Of a stretch of 8,031 nt of DNA, positions 5,735 to 8,031 are shown one piece after another. Each line of letters starts with the position of its first letter. The first letter of the stretch is position 1. The stretch comes from Candidatus Heimdallarchaeota archaeon (lineage in GTDB: Archaea; Asgardarchaeota; Heimdallarchaeia; Heimdallarchaeales; Heimdallarchaeaceae), in the NCBI GenBank assembly GCA_030668875.1, contig DAOVER010000086.1:1-8031 (forward strand), given 5' to 3'. Below the pieces are notes generated by a model. It saw nothing but the letters and a program-made list of their open reading frames with translations. It was not told the DNA's origin and ran no database searches. Position numbers and translations under genes: made by a program.

Positions 5735-7141
5735 ATGCAAAGAAAACACTTCACAGGGCTCTCAGTTTTTCAGATGATGGCTATGTTTAGAAGAGGAATT
5801 TTCTACTTTTTCTTGAGCATTTATCTGTATGAGTTTCTAGGAGTCTCAACTACAGAGATGACGCTCTTTGCAACCCTACCAATGATTGCTAATATTGTTG
5901 CACAATCAGCTCTATGGGGGCGAATATCAGACAAATTCAAAAAACGTAGACTGTTAATCATTTTTGGTGAGCTTTTTGCTGCAATAGGTTATTTAATTAT
6001 ATTCTGGATACACAATTCTGTCAATAAGGAGAAGGTTGGAGTTGGACATATTGGAGACGTGCTTTTCTCCCAATCTGAGATACTATTACATTATTCGGAT
6101 CTAGCATCATCAGAAATCCAAAGCATACTTCGAATGTCAGCTTATACTATCATAATTGGTTTTACCATTGTTGAAGCTGGTTGGAGTAGCAGCAACCTTG
6201 GATGGTCAACACTAATAGCTGATTTAACAAAGGAATCTGAAAGAAGCAAAGTGATGGGATTATTACAGTTCATCGGAGGGATAGGGAACATTTTGGGAGT
6301 AACTGCGTGTGGATTTCTTTATCAGAATGGGTTAGGATTCTGGAATGGGAATCTGTTCTATGTTTCGTCTAGCATAATGATCTTCAGCTTATTTGCCCTT
6401 CTCATGATTCCAGAGTCGTATGCTGATTTAAAGAATGAATCGAAGGTAGATAAAAGGAACGATAAGAATGATAATGCCGAGACTAAGCCAAGAGTTGATG
6501 ATAGCACGAGTAGGGATTGGGCACGGAAGTTATTCATTTGGTTAATAATAGTCTTGGCAATTGTGAATATAGGTGGAAATAGTATTGGACAACTAATTCA
6601 GATATATGTAAGATTACCAGACACGTTTAATTCCACGGATGTTATAGTAGCACAATTAAGAAACATAAGCAGTATAGCTATGATAATTGGCGGACTAGTA
6701 ATTGGTTTGCTAGCGAAACGTTTTGGAGAAGTAAAGATTCTTTTAGTAGGATTTTTAGTACTTTTCATTGGAACAATATCCTTACCTTTTGCACCTCACA
6801 TCACCATATTCTTCATTTACATGGCGCTGAAAGGAACTTCAAGAGTTTGGATACAGACAACTTCATACGCAATGGTCAATAAAATAGTACCTCTTGAGAA
6901 AAGAGGGAAGATGATGGGATACTATAATTCAGCGTTTTATTTATCTTGGGGATTAGGAGGAACGATGATAACAGGTCCAATTGCAGATACTCTAATAAAT
7001 CAAAACTATAGCGTATCATTTTCATATGAAATTACTTTTTACGTAGCCGCATTTTTAGTATTGGTAGGAATACTGATCTATGTGTTAAAACGTCCAAACG
7101 ATTTTAAGCTATTAGCAGAAGCAACAAATGCAAAAAGATAG
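5735..7141 (+). CDS. Major facilitator superfamily transporter, substrate unknown
   Basis: About 12 hydrophobic segments in a 6+6 arrangement. Motif A WGRISDKFKKRR follows TM2 and its repeat GLLAKRFGEVK follows TM8. Other features: IADLTKESERSKVMG after TM4, VPLEKRGKMMG after TM10, and a charged central loop. Confidence 0.92.
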   Translation: MQRKHFTGLSVFQMMAMFRRGIFYFFLSIYLYEFLGVSTTEMTLFATLPMIANIVAQSALWGRISDKFKKRRLLIIFGELFAAIGYLIIFWIHNSVNKEKVGVGHIGDVLFSQSEILLHYSDLASSEIQSILRMSAYTIIIGFTIVEAGWSSSNLGWSTLIADLTKESERSKVMGLLQFIGGIGNILGVTACGFLYQNGLGFWNGNLFYVSSSIMIFSLFALLMIPESYADLKNESKVDKRNDKNDNAETKPRVDDSTSRDWARKLFIWLIIVLAIVNIGGNSIGQLIQIYVRLPDTFNSTDVIVAQLRNISSIAMIIGGLVIGLLAKRFGEVKILLVGFLVLFIGTISLPFAPHITIFFIYMALKGTSRVWIQTTSYAMVNKIVPLEKRGKMMGYYNSAFYLSWGLGGTMITGPIADTLINQNYSVSFSYEITFYVAAFLVLVGILIYVLKRPNDFKLLAEATNAKR

Positions 7142-7149
7142 CTTGTTTT

Positions 7150-8031
7150 TTATTCAATGAAGCTATAATCCTCAATCTTTATTCCTTTTTGGCGAACCAT
7201 ACTTTGCATCAATTCGTCTCCTTCAGCTTTCAGAATTCTAACTGGAATATCTGGAAAACGAGGGTGATTTGTTATTACTCTTGGTTTGAAGTTAACAATA
7301 GCCCTTATATCGTCAAGTAGAGATTTAAGAGAAGCTTGTGTCCCAGCATATTTTGATCCTGCACACAAAATGATTACCTTAGCACTATCCCAAGGATTTG
7401 GAAGTAATCCAATTATGCCTGTTAGTAAACCCAAATCTGAATGTTCGCTATATGTCTCATTTGTGAAAGAGCTGTAAATATTCTTGCTTTGAGGTGACAA
7501 AAAACGTATTGGAAGGCTATCACCATATAAATTCATAATCTCCGAAGTTATTTTATTTACTGCCCCTGAACCTATCACTAGCATATTTTCAGCTTTTGCA
7601 GGTCCTGTCTGATAATCTAATAACGATTCAATTAGTATCTTATCTATTGGAATTTTCTTAATTTTGTGTGCCCAATATGTAAACATTTGTGTTATTTCAG
7701 GAGTATAAAGAGCATCAATTGTACTTGCTGCATCTGTCATCCATGAACCAAAGACCACATTCAGTTGGAAACTATCACCAAGCATTAAACAATCTGGAAA
7801 ATCGTTCCAAGTATATTGAAAATCAAAACTAAGTTTTGCAGGCCACTCAATATCTTCATATTCAAGGAGTAGATTTCTGAAGAATTCACTAGAAAGAAGT
7901 TCATGATTTGGTGAGTAAAAGACTCTATTTGAGCTCCCCAGTTTAACTTCTTGTCTCTTAATCAGTTGTAACTCCGTAAGTCTGTCGAGGATATTGTATA
8001 TAGTGCTTCTGTTTGTTATTGGTAAACGATT
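7150..8031 (-). CDS. Putative transcriptional regulator: winged HTH plus a C-terminal S-layer-C-like alpha/beta domain; 5'-partial, at least 293 aa
   Basis: I translated the frame upstream of ATG 7785 and found no stop up to the window edge: NRLPITNRSTIYNILDRLTELQLIKRQEVKLGSSNRVFYS (recognition helix plus wing). The C-terminal part has NMLVIGSGAVNKIT..LPIRF..IYS..TY..GII..NPW..VIILCAGSKYAGT, which resembles the NLILIGGP..N motif family of S-layer C-terminal-like domains. There is no TM segment in the visible part. Confidence 0.75.
   Translation of the reverse strand, partial: NRLPITNRSTIYNILDRLTELQLIKRQEVKLGSSNRVFYSPNHELLSSEFFRNLLLEYEDIEWPAKLSFDFQYTWNDFPDCLMLGDSFQLNVVFGSWMTDAASTIDALYTPEITQMFTYWAHKIKKIPIDKILIESLLDYQTGPAKAENMLVIGSGAVNKITSEIMNLYGDSLPIRFLSPQSKNIYSSFTNETYSEHSDLGLLTGIIGLLPNPWDSAKVIILCAGSKYAGTQASLKSLLDDIRAIVNFKPRVITNHPRFPDIPVRILKAEGDELMQSMVRQKGIKIEDYSFIE

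Noticed and set aside
7286-7477. 63-aa plus-strand ORF
   Set aside because: Antisense shadow of the wHTH gene.
7783-7785. ATG 7785 as the start of the last gene
   Set aside because: There is no in-frame stop between it and the window end, and the upstream codons encode a wHTH domain.
1-8031. tRNA, rRNA, CRISPR array, IS or prophage features
   Set aside because: No GC-rich cloverleaf, regularly spaced repeats, transposase or integrase motifs, or terminal repeats were seen.

Overview
AT-rich archaeal chromosomal window with five real CDSs: (1) the 5'-truncated archaeal-type leucyl-tRNA synthetase (+), (2) a stand-alone 227-aa DAK2/FakA-N-like protein (+), (3) a complete bacterial-type threonyl-tRNA synthetase (-), (4) a 12-TM MFS transporter (+), and (5) a 5'-truncated winged-helix protein with an S-layer-C-like domain (-). 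The archaeal assignment rests on the LeuRS type, a GGTGA Shine-Dalgarno, BRE/TATA promoters and oligo-T terminators. An Asgard host is plausible but is inference only. The most interesting signals are: a LeuRS whose synthetic-site motifs are remodelled (GDHD->GEDD, SGKDL->TAITH, KMSKS->AMSKS) while its editing domain is canonical; a fatty-acid-kinase-like ATP-binding domain with no partner domains in an archaeon; a fully bacterial ThrRS under archaeal expression signals; and candidate operator motifs next to two TATA boxes. No tRNA, rRNA, CRISPR array or mobile element was seen. All family assignments are by motif recall; no searches were run.
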